Under the pieces are notes generated by a model. That model saw nothing but the letters and a program-made list of their open reading frames with translations. It was not told the DNA's origin and searched no databases. 64,000 bases of DNA from an uncultured Pseudomonadota bacterium (GTDB lineage Bacteria > Oederibacteriota > Muellerivitia > Muellerivitales > Muellerivitaceae): assembly GCA_963770835.1 (NCBI GenBank), contig CAVYRH010000019.1, forward strand, positions 96,001 to 160,000, given 5' to 3'. Below are positions 9,801 through 20,379 of this stretch, piece after piece (position 1 is the stretch's first letter; the number at the start of each line of letters is the position of its first letter). Position numbers and translations under genes: made by a program.

Positions 9801-12800
9801 GTAGCCGTGTTCGTGGCCGTGGCAGTGGCCGTGTTCGTGGCAGTATTGGTGGTCGTCGAGGTAGCGGTGTTGGTGGCCGTATTAGTCGCCGTGTTCGTGG
9901 CCGTGTTGGTCGCGGTGTTCGTCGGCGTATTAATAGAGGTATTGGTGGCCGTATTTGTCGCGGTGGCGGTAGCCGTATTCGTGGCTGTGTTGGTGGCCGT
10001 CGAGGTAGCGGTGTTGGTAGCCGTATTGGTCGGCGTATTGGTTGTAGTCGGAGTCGCGGTATTGGTGGCAGTGTTCGTCGCCGTCTTGGTGGCCGTATTT
10101 GTGGCCGTGTTGGTCGGCGTATTGGTGGTCGTCGAGGTTGCGGTGTTGGTGGCTGTGTTCGTCGCCGTGCTCGTAGCCGTGTTAGTCGCCGTGTTCGTCG
10201 GGGTGTTGATAGAGGTATTGGTCGCCGTGTTCGTCGCGGTGGCGGTGACCGTGTTCGTGGCGGTGTTGGTTGCCGTCGAGGTGGCGGTGTTGGTAGCCGT
10301 ATTGGTCGGCGTATTGGTTGCAGTCGGGGTCGCGGTATTAGTAGCAGTGTTCGTCGCCGTCTTGGTGGCCGTATTCGTGGACGTGGCGGTCGGCGTGTTG
10401 GAAGTCGTCGGAGTGGGAGTATTCGTCGTCGTGTTGGTCGGGGTATTGGTTGAAGTGTTGGTGGCCGTATTCGTGGCGGTGTTCGTCGCCGTATTCGTGG
10501 GCGTGTTTTGGGATGTGTTGGTCGCCGTGTTCGTGGCCGTAGCCGTCGCCGTGTTGGTCGGCGTGTTGGTGGTGGTAGGCGTCGGCGTATTAGTGGCGGT
10601 GTTGGTGGCCGTATTCGTCGGTGTATTGGATGTGGTCGGGGTGGGTGTGTTGGTGGTGGTAGCCGTGGTCGTATTAGTGGCGGTATTGGTCGCCGTCTTG
10701 GTGGCCGTATTCGTGGACGTGGCGGTCGGCGTGTTGGAAGTCGTCGGAGTGGGAGTATTCGTCGGCGTGTTGGTCGGGGTATTGGTTGAAGTGTTGGTAG
10801 CCGTATTCGTGGCGGTATTCGTCGCCGTATTCGTGGGCGTGTTTTGGGATGTGTTGGTCGCCGTGTTCGTGGCCGTAGCCGTCGCCGTATTGGTCGGCGT
10901 GTTGGTCATGGTAGGCGTCGGCGTATTGGTGGCCGTCAACGTAGCCGTGTTTGTCGGCGTCAACGTTGGCGTATTGGTGGCCGTATTCGTGGACGTGTTG
11001 GTTGGCGTGTTGGTAGTGGTCGGCGTCGGCGTATTGGTGGCCGTATTCGTGGCGGTGTTCGTGGCCGTATTCGTGGGCGTGTTTTGGGATGTATTGGTCG
11101 CCGTGTTCGTGGCCGTAGCCGTCGCCGTGTTGGTCGGCGTGTTGGTAGTGGTAGGCGTCGGCGTATTGGTGGCCGTATTCGTCGGTGTATTAGTAGTGGT
11201 TCTTGTGGGCGTGTTGGTGGATGTGTTTGTGGTCGTGTTGGTCGGTGTGTTCGTGGTGGTGTTGGTAGGCGTGTTCGTTGAAGTATTGGTGGCGGTGTTG
11301 GTCGGGGTATAAGTGGGAGTGCTGGTGGGTGTATTCAGGGGGGTGTTCGTCGAGGTATTCGTGGGGGTATTTGTCGCCGTGGACGTTGGAGTTTTAGTCG
11401 GCGTGGACGTCGGCGTGGACGTGGGAATCGTAGGCGTCGGCGTCCATGAGCTGGTGTTTGTCCAAGTACCGGTAGGGGTCCAAGTAAAGGTGTTGGTAGC
11501 CGTGAGGGACGGGGTAAAGGTGAAGGTATTGGTATAGGTTGGCGTGGGGGTATAAGAAGCGGTGTTGGTAAAGGTTGGTGTGACGGTGAAGGTCATGGTG
11601 TTGGTGAACGTATTCGTCGGCACGAAGGTATTAGTCGGGGTATAGGTGAAAGTGGGCGAGAAAGTGCTGGTGATCGTGGGGGTGACGGTGTTGGTATAGG
11701 TTTGGGTTGGGGTAAAGGTGGAGGTTGGGGTGAAGGTGGTTGTATTGGTAAAGGTCAGGGTAACGGTAAAGGTGTTGGTGGGGGTGCAGGTATTGTGGAC
11801 GTAATACTCATAAGCCCCGACGGCGGGAGGCGTTGGCCGCGGATTTCCGATTTTATCAACCGTGATACCTGAAATGGTGTTGCCCTTGCCGATTAAACTG
11901 GAACTGGGTGTCAGGGTAAAATCTCCGGCCGTCCAATTCCCAAAATCGCTAGCGGGATTAAGCGTGAAATCGCTGGCCGGATATCCGGTAGTTGGCGTCG
12001 TGTAAAAAGCATCGTAGGTGAAGTTGGCCTGTGTTCCCGCTTGGACGGTTAAGTCCGCCGTCGTGTTCGCGAAAGCCGTATCGGTGACAATTCCAAAACC
12101 ATTGCTGCTCACGATTCCATTTTTGTTGTCCCCGATGGTGTCGAATTGCAGGTTGTACAGGGGGTTTCCAGAGTCCCCCGTCCAAATAGCGGTTCCATTG
12201 GTAAGTCCCCAGATCACACTGTTGACCATGTCAAATTCCGGATGCGCGTTCCCATTCAAGGAAATTCCATCGGTCGTATCCGCGTTTCCCGTGATGGTGG
12301 ATCCATAGATGGAAACGGCGTTGGCGGCGTTCATGGCGGTGAAAGTTAGGATGTTGCCCGCGGTGGTGCTGGGCCGGGTGATGTTGTCGTTCACCAGGGT
12401 GATGGTAGTGTTGTTCAAGTTGGCGGTGATCACGGGGTTGCCGGTATTCGTGGTGCTGGTGAGGCCCAGGCCTTGGATGGAAATGTTGTTGATATTATTG
12501 CCCAGGGTAAAAATTCCACTGGCGTTTCCCGCCGCGTCCCAAGTGTAGGTGCCGGCGGGCTGGGTGGGATCGCCCTCGATGGTGATGTTGTAGCTGCCGA
12601 TGCCCGAGGGATTGATGGTGTAGTTTCCCGAGACATTCATATAAAGAACGACCGTGTCCCCGGACTGCGCCGCGGCTAAAGCCGCGGTCATCGTGGTGTA
12701 ACAGGCGGTACAAGTGCCGGCGCAGACCCCGGTGGTGACGCAACGGGTGGCCGCGGCCGCGGGTTTTGCCAGCCCCAGAACCGCCAGGGACAAAGCCAGG

Positions 12801-12874
12801 AAAATCCAAATTCGGCGGCGAGGGGGAAAAACAGGGCTTGGACGGGACTTGCCCGCGTTAAATGGGTCGGGCAT
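3884..12874 (-). CDS. Giant (2996 aa) secreted surface protein: beta-helix head, Thr-rich stalk, DUF11-like domain, three FlgD-Ig/CTD-like domains
   Basis: Signal peptide ([23 protein letters not shown]); beta-helix-like head ending DFTL..SS.IGKG...D..GNPR....GAYEY; (T-X)n region; LVKTSS...YTLVYSN...LTDSLP...LTWNI (DUF11-like); three VYN.AGE.VK..WD..G.Y-type modules, the last starting APNP. Confidence 0.88.
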   Translation of the reverse strand: MPDPFNAGKSRPSPVFPPRRRIWIFLALSLAVLGLAKPAAAATRCVTTGVCAGTCTACYTTMTAALAAAQSGDTVVLYMNVSGNYTINPSGIGSYNITIEGDPTQPAGTYTWDAAGNASGIFTLGNNINNISIQGLGLTSTTNTGNPVITANLNNTTITLVNDNITRPSTTAGNILTFTAMNAANAVSIYGSTITGNADTTDGISLNGNAHPEFDMVNSVIWGLTNGTAIWTGDSGNPLYNLQFDTIGDNKNGIVSSNGFGIVTDTAFANTTADLTVQAGTQANFTYDAFYTTPTTGYPASDFTLNPASDFGNWTAGDFTLTPSSSLIGKGNTISGITVDKIGNPRPTPPAVGAYEYYVHNTCTPTNTFTVTLTFTNTTTFTPTSTFTPTQTYTNTVTPTITSTFSPTFTYTPTNTFVPTNTFTNTMTFTVTPTFTNTASYTPTPTYTNTFTFTPSLTATNTFTWTPTGTWTNTSSWTPTPTIPTSTPTSTPTKTPTSTATNTPTNTSTNTPLNTPTSTPTYTPTNTATNTSTNTPTNTTTNTPTNTTTNTSTNTPTRTTTNTPTNTATNTPTPTTTNTPTNTATATATNTATNTSQNTPTNTATNTATNTATNTPTPTTTNTPTNTSTNTATNTPTLTPTNTATLTATNTPTPTMTNTPTNTATATATNTATNTSQNTPTNTATNTATNTATNTSTNTPTNTPTNTPTPTTSNTPTATSTNTATKTATNTATNTTTATTTNTPTPTTSNTPTNTATNTATNTPTPTTTNTPTNTATATATNTATNTSQNTPTNTATNTATNTATNTSTNTPTNTTTNTPTPTTSNTPTATSTNTATKTATNTATNTATPTATNTPTNTATNTATSTATNTATNTVTATATNTATNTSINTPTNTATNTATSTATNTATNTATSTTTNTPTNTATNTATKTATNTATNTATPTTTNTPTNTATNTATSTATNTATNTATATATNTATNTSINTPTNTATNTATNTATNTATNTATSTTTNTATNTATATATNTATNTATPTTSNTPTNTATNTATKTATNTATDTATPTTTNTPTNTATNTATSTATNTATNTATATATNTATNTSINTPTNTATNTATDTATNTATNTATSTTTNTATNTATATATNTATNTATPTTSNTPTNTATNTATSTATNTATNTATPTATNTPTNTATNTATSTATNTATNTATATATNTATNTSINTPTNTATNTATNTATNTATNTATSTTTNTATNTATATATSTATNTATPTTSNTPTNTATNTATKTATNTATNTATPTTTNTPTNTATNTATSTATNTATNTATATATNTATNTSINTPTNTATNTATNTATNTATNTSTSTTTNTATNTATATATNTATNTATPTTSNTPTNTATNTATSTATNTATNTATPTTTNTPTNTATNTATSTATNTATNTATATATNTATNTSINTPTNTATNTATNTATNTATNTATSTTTNTATNTATATATNTATNTATPTTSNTPTNTATNTATSTATNTATNTATPTTTNTPTNTATNTATSTATNTATNTATATATNTATNTSINTPTNTATNTATNTATNTATNTATSTTTNTATNTATATATNTATNTATPTTSNTPTNTATNTATSTATNTATNTATPTTTNTPTNTATNTATSTATNTATNTATATATNTATNTSINTPTNTATNTATDTATNTATNTATSTTTNTATNTATATATNTATNTATPTTSNTPTNTATNTATNTATNTPTPTTTNTPTNTATSTATSTATNTATNTATATATNTATNTSINTPTNTSTNTATDTATNTATNTATSTTTNTATNTATATATNTATNTATPTTSNTPTNTATNTATSTATNTATNTPTPTTTNTPTNTATSTATSTATNTATNTATATATNTATNTSINTPTNTATNTATSTATNTATNTATSTTTNTATNTATATATNTATNTATPTTSNTPTNTATNTATSTATNTATNTATPTTTNTPTNTATNTATSTATNTATDTATATATNTATNTSINTPTNTATNTATGTATNTATNTATSTTTNTATNTATATATNTATNTATPTTSNTPTNTATNTATATATNTATNTATPTTTNTPTNTATNTATSTATNTATNTATATATNTATNTSINTPTNTATNTATDTATNTATLTATSTASNTATNTATPTTSNTPTNTATNTPTGTATNTATNTSTATATNTATNTATPTTSNTPTNTATDTATSTATNTATDTATATATNTPTPTTSNSPTNTATDTATATATNTATNTATLTATSTPTNTATDTATNTPTSTATNTATSTATATASNTATMTDTSTATNTATSTATDTATNTPANTATATATNTATNTATDTPTSTATGTPTLTVTQTPTATATNTATDTPTPTATGTPTNTATATNTYTSTNTATDTPTSTTTGTPTMTPTQTPTATATNTTTSTPTATVTQTPTNTYTSTPSATPTNTATLTPTLTPTMTPTMTNTSTPTSTPTMTDTYTPTYTSTNSPTNTHTSTPTSTPTYTPTPTPTFTRTNTATSTFTATPTYTFTMTFTPTPTPYLSLVKTSSETNAKPLDFINYTLVYSNPSGVLVTNAVLTDSLPATTLMTYVQGSASNGGAYSTAANTLTWNIASLGPGASMTVTYQIQASVEESNITASTLLNKACLTFANGMVCATNGVTVTGAYLIQLAVYNQAGELVKTLATFDMGTAISNFTLQNGVITTDSQTAQVIYDGVNIGTWDATNSSGTKVTDGEYFIKIQSTDPLGVVTTVTKDVTVNIASSTLQVAVYNEAGEVVKTFTQAQIQAMLGGASGSLMPADYNVMNAKLSSNNLVVSYAAGTNNNIAITLGSGRSFNWDGSGETGGFLTSGTYYIEIQSTTTGGTTQQIVMPVHIVNSGANAISGVVMAPNPINLNQTTQARFLINTAGGQLTHADIRIYTVAGELLRTNLTSNPGTPGEVDWDLSGVSIASGTYLAVVEMRSATGIIGHKVLRIQIIH
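5200..11795 (-). repeat. Coding tandem repeat: (Thr-X)n with a 12-nt basic unit and a 348-nt higher-order unit
   Basis: Ser-Ile-Asn marker codons at about 6461, 6809, 7157, 7505, 7841, 8189, 8537, 8885, 9233, 9581, 9929 and 10205 (spacings 348 x9, 336, 276). Confidence 0.95.
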
Positions 12875-14453
12875 AAGTGATCCTCTTGCTGGTTACGGCA
12901 AAAACGGGATCTTCCAGCCGGCGGGCTGTGGGCCCGGGAGCGCTCTTCCCTTTCAGGGAATCATTGTTCAAGGAATCCTTGTGAAAAACATCAGCCCCCG
13001 GGGGAGCCAATGGCGCGGGTTTAACCAGGAAAGCAAACCCTTCTTTCCCTTTGGACGGAAGGATTTGACAGCCTCCAGGTATTTGAGTCGGGGTAACCGT
13101 GAGTGTCCAAGTGGAAGTCGGCGTGTAGGTAGTGGTGAAAGTATAGGTATTGGTGGCCGTAAAAGTACCCGGCGCGGGGGTGTTGGTCCAAGTGGGGGTG
13201 GGGGTATAGCTGGCAGTGTTGGTAAAGGTGGGAGTCGGGGTTCGCGTGGAGGCAACAGGCGAATAGGTCCAGGTGGGGGTCGGCGTAAAAGTGTAGGTGG
13301 AAGTGAAGGTATAGGTGGGGGTATAGGTAAAGGTATTGGTGGGACATTCGAGGTTGGCCGTCACGGAATTGGAGGTGTCGCTGATAATCCCATCGGAAAT
13401 AGTGGCGTTGTTCACGAAAGTCGCGCACCAGTCGTTCGGGTAATAATAGTTGATATATTCAAACGTCACCGATTGGCACCAATTACCTGGAATCCCAAGC
13501 GGATAGATGAGCGACCCATTGCCCGGGCAATAGGGGGTAAATGGCTGGGACTGGGAGGGTGTTGGAACACAGCCTCCGCCGTACTGCATTCCCGCGCCGG
13601 ATATATTGTCTTGGATGGTGACCGCCGAGGTAACCGCGGCGCCCGTGTTGCAAAAAGTTATGGCGTAGGTGACCGAGGCGTCATTCCCCCCCGGGACATT
13701 GTAAACGGGACCTCCGATCAAGGATTTGGTGATGGTGAAGGCCGCCGGGCCCAGGGTGGGCGCAGGTGTGGGAATAGGCGTGCACTCACGCCAAAAAAGG
13801 GCGCCGGTGATATTGCCATTGCTGCTATCGGCCGTACAATTATTGGCTTGGAACGTCAGTTGGGCGCCGTTCACCGGGTTGAAAATGGGTTTCCCCCACG
13901 TTTCGGCGCAGGTGACTGGAACTCCGCCAGGTGTGAACGGGTTGGGAGAGGGGCTGTAAAGGGGCGAGTACCAAGGGTTGCCGCCTGTGTCATTGGGGGG
14001 AGCCGGGGAAGGATTGCCGGTGGGAGTGTAATAATTACTCAGGCCCCCACCACCGTTGTCACTAGTGATTTCGGAATGGCCCCCGCCGCTGCAGGTAATG
14101 TCCAAATCCCAGGAACTGTAGTTGATCAGCGGAGCGGTATTTTGCGTTTCAATGGCCAAGCAAACCGTACCGCTTGTCAGGAGGGCCACTGGAACAGTTA
14201 AGCACCCCGGGGGGCAAGCGCCGGATCCATCCCAGTTGCAATAATTAACGACGCCGATACTGACCCCGCCCACATAAACGGTTGAATTGTCGTCCCCCGC
14301 AACGCAAATTTGGGCTGACGTGGGAGTGCATTGGGCCAAAGCGTTTTGGGTGGGTCCGCTCAAGAAAACAACGGCAATTAAAAAAATAATGTTACGGGTA
14401 GCGGATAACCCCCAACTACCTCTATTGAGTTTTTGAATATGGTTTAAAAACAT
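12858..14453 (-). CDS. Secreted Cys-rich protein with DUF11-like segment and Thr/aromatic-rich linker
   Basis: Signal peptide ([19 protein letters not shown]), many Cys, ITKS...[10 protein letters not shown]...IQDNI segment, TPTYTFT repeats. Overlaps the start of the giant gene by 17 nt. Confidence 0.8.
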   Translation of the reverse strand: MFLNHIQKLNRGSWGLSATRNIIFLIAVVFLSGPTQNALAQCTPTSAQICVAGDDNSTVYVGGVSIGVVNYCNWDGSGACPPGCLTVPVALLTSGTVCLAIETQNTAPLINYSSWDLDITCSGGGHSEITSDNGGGGLSNYYTPTGNPSPAPPNDTGGNPWYSPLYSPSPNPFTPGGVPVTCAETWGKPIFNPVNGAQLTFQANNCTADSSNGNITGALFWRECTPIPTPAPTLGPAAFTITKSLIGGPVYNVPGGNDASVTYAITFCNTGAAVTSAVTIQDNISGAGMQYGGGCVPTPSQSQPFTPYCPGNGSLIYPLGIPGNWCQSVTFEYINYYYPNDWCATFVNNATISDGIISDTSNSVTANLECPTNTFTYTPTYTFTSTYTFTPTPTWTYSPVASTRTPTPTFTNTASYTPTPTWTNTPAPGTFTATNTYTFTTTYTPTSTWTLTVTPTQIPGGCQILPSKGKEGFAFLVKPAPLAPPGADVFHKDSLNNDSLKGKSAPGPTARRLEDPVFAVTSKRITYARPI

Positions 14454-14686
14454 TTTTATCCTGTCGAAACTATAAAGTGGCTTCCAACCGGAACGATTCT
14501 TAAAATCAGTTTAACGGTTTCAATCTACTTTCATTTTTTTGCCACCCTGATTGGGTAGAGGAGTAGATGTGGCCAATTTTTGGATAATTTCAAAATCCAG
14601 GGTAAGAATGTGAGCCAAAATCGATTTTACAAGCTCTATATCTAAAATATTTCACGTTTAACCTAACGTCACTTTCATGTTAAATT

Positions 14687-14712
14687 TTACCATTTTATCG
14701 ATTTAATGGTAA
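14687..14712. promoter_or_regulatory. Operator-like imperfect palindrome in the divergent surface-protein/bioB intergenic region
   Basis: TTACCATT-TT-ATCGAT-TT-AATGGTAA in an AT-rich 670-bp intergenic region. Confidence 0.35.
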
Positions 14713-15127
14713 TTTTTTTGATCCTGAAAAGGCTTGAAAAATAAGGGGAAAAATCGAAATTTGTTACGTTTGCAGGGTCAAAATCCAATCTTTGGTCCAC
14801 CTGCAACCTTCATCTGACCCAAAAGCTTACTAAGTAAAAATTACCCAGGAGGAATGGATGAGGAATCCCGCGCGTCTTCATCCTTTGGGGTGATCTGCAG
14901 TTAGTGCCAAACGAGCCATCGGGTTATTTTCGAATAGAAAATGAAAAGTGTTTCGGTCAAAGCAATGTCCCAAAAAAGCTTTTCGCTCACCACGATTGAT
15001 AAATTCAAAATCGTTTTTTTATCGGAGAAGACGGCCGGAAACCCTTAAGCTTAAATATTTTTCCACATCACCCTATGTTATACTTTGCGCCGATTTCATC
15101 CCAAACTGACTCATCAAAGGACTCCTC

Positions 15128-16144
15128 ATGATCCCGATAAGCTCAACCGCCGCTTCCCTTTGGGAAAGCCTGGCCGATAAAGCGATTCGGAAAGAACTTC
15201 TTACGAAAGAGGAGGCTAAAGCGGTACTTCAAGCCTCCATGGCAGAAACATTATCGATTATTCATGCGGCTTACCGGGTCCGCCGCGCTTTTCATGGCAA
15301 CAAAGTCAGGATCCACGTTTTGCAAAACGCCAAGTCCGGTGCCTGCCCTGAGGACTGTGGCTTCTGCTCGCAATCCTCCAAGTATCAAACCCCCGCATCC
15401 CAATATCCTTTAATGGAAGTCGAAGCTTTGGTGGAAGGCGCCCGCAATGCGAAAGCCGCAGGAGCTTGGAAGTATTGCATGGTGACCGCCACTCGGGGGC
15501 CCAGCAACCGGGACCTCGACGTCATTTGTGAGGCAACGAGGAGGATTAAATCCGAAGTCGGCGTGAAGGTTTGCACCTCCCTCGGCCTCCTGACCCCCGA
15601 GAAAGCCAAGCGCCTGGCCGAAGCAGGGGTTGACCGCTTCAACCATAATCTAGAAACTTCCCAGCGGCTTTATGAACAGGTTGTCTCGACCCACAGTTAT
15701 GAGGACCGGGTTCAAACCACGCATTACGCCAAGGAAGCCGGGATGGAAATCTGCTCCGGGGGAATTATTGGAATGGGCGAGGAAGTGGATGATGTGATCG
15801 ACCTTTGCTTCACTTTACGGGATATCGGAGCCTCGTCGGTGCCGGTTAATTTCCTCGATCCGCGACCCGGGACTCCCTTTGCGGGAAAGCCCTTGGTGGA
15901 ACCTTACTATGCGCTCCGGGTTTTGAGCCTTTTCCGGTTTGTGCACCCGGATGCGGACGTTCGGTCCGCTGGCGGGCGGGAGGTGACGTTTCGCTCCCTG
16001 CAACCCCTTGTTTTGTACGTGGCCAATTCGATCTTCACGAACGGTTACTTGACCACCTCGGGCCAGGGTGAGAACGCGGACCATCAGATGATCAGGGACA
16101 TGGGAATGGAGCCGGAAATTTCGGGAAGCGAATTTCAGGCTTAA
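15128..16144 (+). CDS. bioB: Biotin synthase
   Basis: Radical-SAM CPEDCGFC, FNHNLET, CSGGIIGMGE, SVPVNFL, ANSIF..GYLTT. Confidence 0.96.
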   Translation: MIPISSTAASLWESLADKAIRKELLTKEEAKAVLQASMAETLSIIHAAYRVRRAFHGNKVRIHVLQNAKSGACPEDCGFCSQSSKYQTPASQYPLMEVEALVEGARNAKAAGAWKYCMVTATRGPSNRDLDVICEATRRIKSEVGVKVCTSLGLLTPEKAKRLAEAGVDRFNHNLETSQRLYEQVVSTHSYEDRVQTTHYAKEAGMEICSGGIIGMGEEVDDVIDLCFTLRDIGASSVPVNFLDPRPGTPFAGKPLVEPYYALRVLSLFRFVHPDADVRSAGGREVTFRSLQPLVLYVANSIFTNGYLTTSGQGENADHQMIRDMGMEPEISGSEFQA

Positions 16145-16257
16145 GAGGGTAGACGGCACTACCATTCTTTTATTTCAAAAAGAAAAAACGGGCTTTAAAA
16201 CCCCCATTCCCTTCATTTCGAACCACAATTCACCCCTGCTGTCATAAGCTGGTACTC

Positions 16258-18294
16258 ATGAAAAGATCCTCAACCGCCCCCTCTTTCGAATCCACTCAAT
16301 GGTTTTTTCTTATTGGATGGTTGGTCCTGATGGGAACCGCCTATGGCCGCCTCATTCTCCATCCTGGTCTTCATACTGCATGTCCCGAAAATGACACCTG
16401 GAATCTTCCGATCCGATGGTCGGTCTTACACTCTCTTCGTGATGGAAAAATCCCCCTTTGGAATTCCCTTTCAGCCTTTGGCATTCCCTGGCTTGCAACC
16501 TGGCAGACCGAGTGTTTTTACCCGGGAACCCTTCTTTTCACTTGGCTTGGCCTTTCGGCCTGGAATGTATCAGGTTTGCTCCACTTGTCCATCTTATCCC
16601 TCGGTATTTTCTCCTTTTTAAAGAAGGTCGGCGTCAATCCCTTTTGGGCCTTCTGCAGTTCCGCCGTCGCCCTTTTAAACGCCTGTGCCTATAACCACCT
16701 GGGAAGCAACTCCTCGATGGATACGATGGTCTGGATTCCTTGGATGCTGTTGGCCACCCTTGAATGCCTTGAGAAAAAGCCCTGGGGAACCTTCAAGTGG
16801 ACCCTTTTTTTTGCTCTACAAGTCTTCGCGGGCTATCCCCAGATCCTCTTCTATACCCTTATCTGTTGTTTTTGCTATGCCCTGGTTCTAAAGGGTTGGC
16901 CGGCCCTTGGACAGTTGCTGGTTCCCTTTTGCGCAGGGCTTTTGTTTTCAGCGGTCGAATGGATCCCTTCCATCGAGTATTTCTTCCTGAACTCGGTCCG
17001 GCTCCCGGCGGTTCACGACAACCCCCATTTCTTCCTTCCTATGGAAAACCTCAAAACCTTCCTGGATTTCAACGCCTTGGGAAAAGGGGCCATTCCGGAT
17101 TACGTGTTAAACCCGACCTTTTTTTATTTTAATTTTTACTCGGGATTTTTGCCTTTGCTCGCCCTCATCCTTGGGTTCATCCAATTCAGGAAACTTAAAC
17201 TCAACAGCCGCTTTTTTCTTGTTGGATTCTTCCTTCTGATTTTATGGTCACTTGGCTTTTTCTTGGGGGGGATCGGGTATTTACACCTGTCGTTTCCCGC
17301 TTTTCTGGAACCGGCCAAATGTTGGGTTCTTATCAATGTTTTTGAGTTGCTCGCGGTCGGTCTTATTTTGGGGGACGTTTTTCCCAGTCCTCCAAAGTGG
17401 AAATGGGCGGTATTGGCCTTGGCGGCCTTAAATCTATTTTGGCCGGTCTGGAACCACCCCTTAGAGCGAAATCTCGCACCTTCCGACCTGGAATCCGACT
17501 CCGAAACCAAAAAAATCACAAATCAATTGGGCGCAAGCCGTGTTTTGATCTTACCGGACGCGGAAGAACACCAAAGACTTTACACACCCCTGCCAAGCCC
17601 TGAAATCAGGCCCCTTTTCAAACATTTTATTCCCAATTCCAACCTCTTCGCGAACCTGAAATCGGCAACTTTCTATGGTTCTACCCAGCCTTCCTGGGGG
17701 TCCTTGGATGCCGGTTTGTATTTTCAATACGGGTTTCCTTATTCCCAAGGTAGTTTGATGGATATGCTAGGCATCGACTATTTGCTACTGCCATCGGAAA
17801 AGATGCCCCTGCGCTTTAAGAAGATCCAATTGGACGGCACATGGGTTCTCTGGCAAAACCCCTCTTCCCTTGGTTCCCATTTTTTCTTCACGGGAGCTCC
17901 GCAAATCGCCGACCGAAAAGACATCTTTAACGCCTTTGCACGCGGTAAAGCCAAGCCGCTTCAAGATCTTTATTTGGACACCATTCCCATTTCAAGGGCA
18001 CCCTTAAGCTCCTTTTCCCCCATCTCCAAGGAAACTTACAGGGCGCAGGGAGATTATTTGATTGTCACTCAAAATGCCACACCAGGTTGGCGGGCCTGGG
18101 TGGATGGAACTCCCCAAGATATTTTCCTAGCCGATGGAATTTTCCAGGCGATCCGACTGAAAAAGCCGGCTCTGGTAGTGGACTTGGCCTACGAACCAAC
18201 CGGCTTCCGATTCGGTTTATTTTTGAGTTTGTTGGCCTTAATGGGCTTCCTGGGATGGCTGGGAACGAGAAAATCAGGGGGTTTTAACTTCTAA
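16258..18294 (+). CDS. YfhO-like polytopic membrane protein (putative GT-C glycosyltransferase)
   Basis: GKIPLWN...GIP, FYP, AGYPQ, many TM helices, C-terminal PGWRAWVDG...AD..FQA...YEP..F..G plus a TM helix. Confidence 0.75.
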   Translation: MKRSSTAPSFESTQWFFLIGWLVLMGTAYGRLILHPGLHTACPENDTWNLPIRWSVLHSLRDGKIPLWNSLSAFGIPWLATWQTECFYPGTLLFTWLGLSAWNVSGLLHLSILSLGIFSFLKKVGVNPFWAFCSSAVALLNACAYNHLGSNSSMDTMVWIPWMLLATLECLEKKPWGTFKWTLFFALQVFAGYPQILFYTLICCFCYALVLKGWPALGQLLVPFCAGLLFSAVEWIPSIEYFFLNSVRLPAVHDNPHFFLPMENLKTFLDFNALGKGAIPDYVLNPTFFYFNFYSGFLPLLALILGFIQFRKLKLNSRFFLVGFFLLILWSLGFFLGGIGYLHLSFPAFLEPAKCWVLINVFELLAVGLILGDVFPSPPKWKWAVLALAALNLFWPVWNHPLERNLAPSDLESDSETKKITNQLGASRVLILPDAEEHQRLYTPLPSPEIRPLFKHFIPNSNLFANLKSATFYGSTQPSWGSLDAGLYFQYGFPYSQGSLMDMLGIDYLLLPSEKMPLRFKKIQLDGTWVLWQNPSSLGSHFFFTGAPQIADRKDIFNAFARGKAKPLQDLYLDTIPISRAPLSSFSPISKETYRAQGDYLIVTQNATPGWRAWVDGTPQDIFLADGIFQAIRLKKPALVVDLAYEPTGFRFGLFLSLLALMGFLGWLGTRKSGGFNF

Positions 18295-19341
18295 CATCTC
18301 TCCGGCTGTCTTGAACACCTCTTGTGGCGTGAGTTTCAACAGGCATTCCTGGTGAACGTGACTGGCCAAGCCCTCCTTCTGTGGAAAAGGGCAGACATTC
18401 TTATCGCAGGGGCCGCAATCCAGGAAATACTGAAGGAATCGGTGTCGTGGGTCATCGGGCTTCATCCAGCCGATTCCCCAATGAGGCCCGCAAAGAGTCA
18501 GGCTTTTCGCCCCGAGGGCTTGGGCGATGTGCTGGGGAGTTCCATCATTTCCGATAAGCAAGTCCATTTTGGAAATGAAAGCGGAAGCCTCCAAAAGGCC
18601 GGTTTTGGACATTTCCAACACCTTCTCCCCTACTCCCCATCGAATTTCCTGGAGGATCCCTTCGTCCCCCGGGCCTCCGCACAGTATGGGTTTAATACCC
18701 CACTGGTCGTAGATCAAGGAGGCTAGTCTTCTCCAATAATCCACTGGCCAGCGCTTGGATGACCAGGTACCCGTTGGATTCAGCCCTATTTTTAATTTTT
18801 GACCCTTAAATTCCGGCCTTTCCCATTCCTGCCGGGCCCATTTCTCCTCTTCAGGAGTCAGGAAAATTTCGGTTTGGTGACCGTCGATTGGAACGCCCAA
18901 GGCACGGATGATATCCAGGTTCACTTCGGCTTGGTATTTCCGGACTTTGTTTTTGGGGATGGCATTGGTAAAGGCCCATTTCCTGATCCGGAAAGCGTAT
19001 CCCGCCCTTAAGGGGGCCCTTGTGGCAAGAGTCAGCCACGCCGACCGGGGTTCGGCGGCTAAGTCTAAAACCCAGTCATACCGCGCGGTGTAGAGGTCTT
19101 TGACAAACCGGAATAATTCGACGGCCGGGGCGGTTTTCTCGGGGTGAACCAGCACGCTGTCGACATAAGGATTATGTTGGAGGATAGGCGCGGCAAGGGG
19201 TCGTGTCAAAAAGTGGATTTCGGCCGCAGGAAATGCCTTCCGCAAGGCTCGGACGAGGGGCGTGGAGAGGATAACGTCCCCAATTCCTTTTAAACGGATA
19301 AGAAGGATGCGTTTCGGCGCTTGCGTGGAAACGGCGGCCAT
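18274..19341 (-). CDS. GT9 family (heptosyltransferase-like) glycosyltransferase
   Basis: ILLIRLKGIGDVILSTP, KRWP, IGNDGTPQHIA, CGPC. Confidence 0.9.
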   Translation of the reverse strand: MAAVSTQAPKRILLIRLKGIGDVILSTPLVRALRKAFPAAEIHFLTRPLAAPILQHNPYVDSVLVHPEKTAPAVELFRFVKDLYTARYDWVLDLAAEPRSAWLTLATRAPLRAGYAFRIRKWAFTNAIPKNKVRKYQAEVNLDIIRALGVPIDGHQTEIFLTPEEEKWARQEWERPEFKGQKLKIGLNPTGTWSSKRWPVDYWRRLASLIYDQWGIKPILCGGPGDEGILQEIRWGVGEKVLEMSKTGLLEASAFISKMDLLIGNDGTPQHIAQALGAKSLTLCGPHWGIGWMKPDDPRHRFLQYFLDCGPCDKNVCPFPQKEGLASHVHQECLLKLTPQEVFKTAGEMLEVKTP

Positions 19342-19344
19342 TCC

Positions 19345-20262
19345 CTACTTCACGGCCGTCAGCCAGTCGAATCTGTCCGGCGTGTGGCCTTTGATAATAT
19401 CGAAGAAGGCTTTCTGGATTTTCTCCGTCACCGGCCCTCGTTTTCCGTTGCCGATGATGATGTTGTCGATTCTTGAAACCGGAACGATCTCAGCGGCGGT
19501 TCCGGAGAGAAACACCTCGTCGGCGATATAAAGTCCTTCCCGGGGAAGAACCTGCTGGCGGATTTCAACGCCCAAATCCCTCGCCAGGACGAAGATCGAG
19601 TGCCGCGTGATGCCCGCCAGGATGGCCGAGCTGGTGGGCGGGGTGAAGATGACTCCGTTTTTCACCATGAAGACGTTCTCGCCCGAACCCTCGGAGACAT
19701 AACCGTAGTGGTCGAGTGCGATGGCCTCGTCGAACTCATCCTGCACGGCCTCCATCTTCATCAATTGGGAATTCAGGTAATTGCCCCCGGCCTTGGCCAG
19801 CGTGGGGAAGGTATTGGGAGCGGGCCTCTGCCAGGAGGAGATGCGCACCGAAATCCCCTTTTCCAGCGACTCTTCGCCCAGGTAGGACCCCCAGGACCAG
19901 GCCGCGATCGCTGATTGCACCGGGTTCTTCAAGGGATAAAGCCCCATGGCGCCATAACCTCGGAAGACGAAGGGGCGGATGTAACAGCTTTTGAGTTTGT
20001 TGACCTTGACCGTCTTCACGACAGCGTCACTGAACTGCTTCTTGGTGTAGGGAATGTCCATCCGGTAAATCTTGGCCGAGTCGTAAAGGCGGTCGATATG
20101 GGCCTCCAGGCGGAAAATGGCCGGCCCCTGCTGGGTGGCGTAGCAGCGCACACCCTCGAAAACACTCGAACCGTAGTGAACCACATGGGACAAAACGTGG
20201 ATGTTGGCCTTTTTCCAATCAACGAATTTCCCATCGAACCAAATTTTGCCTTTGCCGAACAC
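19345..20262 (-). CDS. ilvE: Branched-chain amino acid aminotransferase
   Basis: [41 protein letters not shown] start with GAGGAG RBS. Confidence 0.96.
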   Translation of the reverse strand: MFGKGKIWFDGKFVDWKKANIHVLSHVVHYGSSVFEGVRCYATQQGPAIFRLEAHIDRLYDSAKIYRMDIPYTKKQFSDAVVKTVKVNKLKSCYIRPFVFRGYGAMGLYPLKNPVQSAIAAWSWGSYLGEESLEKGISVRISSWQRPAPNTFPTLAKAGGNYLNSQLMKMEAVQDEFDEAIALDHYGYVSEGSGENVFMVKNGVIFTPPTSSAILAGITRHSIFVLARDLGVEIRQQVLPREGLYIADEVFLSGTAAEIVPVSRIDNIIIGNGKRGPVTEKIQKAFFDIIKGHTPDRFDWLTAVK

Positions 20263-20379
20263 GGTAGTTCTCCTCGCGGAAGGGTGTTAAAGACGCCGTA
20301 TTATAAAGTGAAATCCGTGTTTTTGGGAGGAGACTAGGGTACTTTCCGACTTTTTACGGGGCGGTTACCCAAGACGCAT

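Noticed and set aside
5661..11312. 1883-aa Val/Ala-rich ORF on the plus strand
   Set aside because: Antisense shadow of the Thr/Ala/Asn codon repeat, which cannot yield stops in that frame. It has no RBS or domains, and the minus-strand ORF has a signal peptide and recognisable domains.
5200..11795. CRISPR-like or non-coding repeat array
   Set aside because: Repeats are in-frame coding units with wobble variation; no unique spacers and no cas genes.
12714..14201. 495-aa plus-strand ORF, and similar long antisense ORFs at 45462-46979, 37098-38000 and 42178-43062
   Set aside because: Antisense to well-supported genes; explained by GC-rich codon bias.
14890..14910. sigma54 promoter-like TTGGCAC on the minus strand (also at 741-750)
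   Set aside because: The -12 TGC element is mis-spaced or absent.
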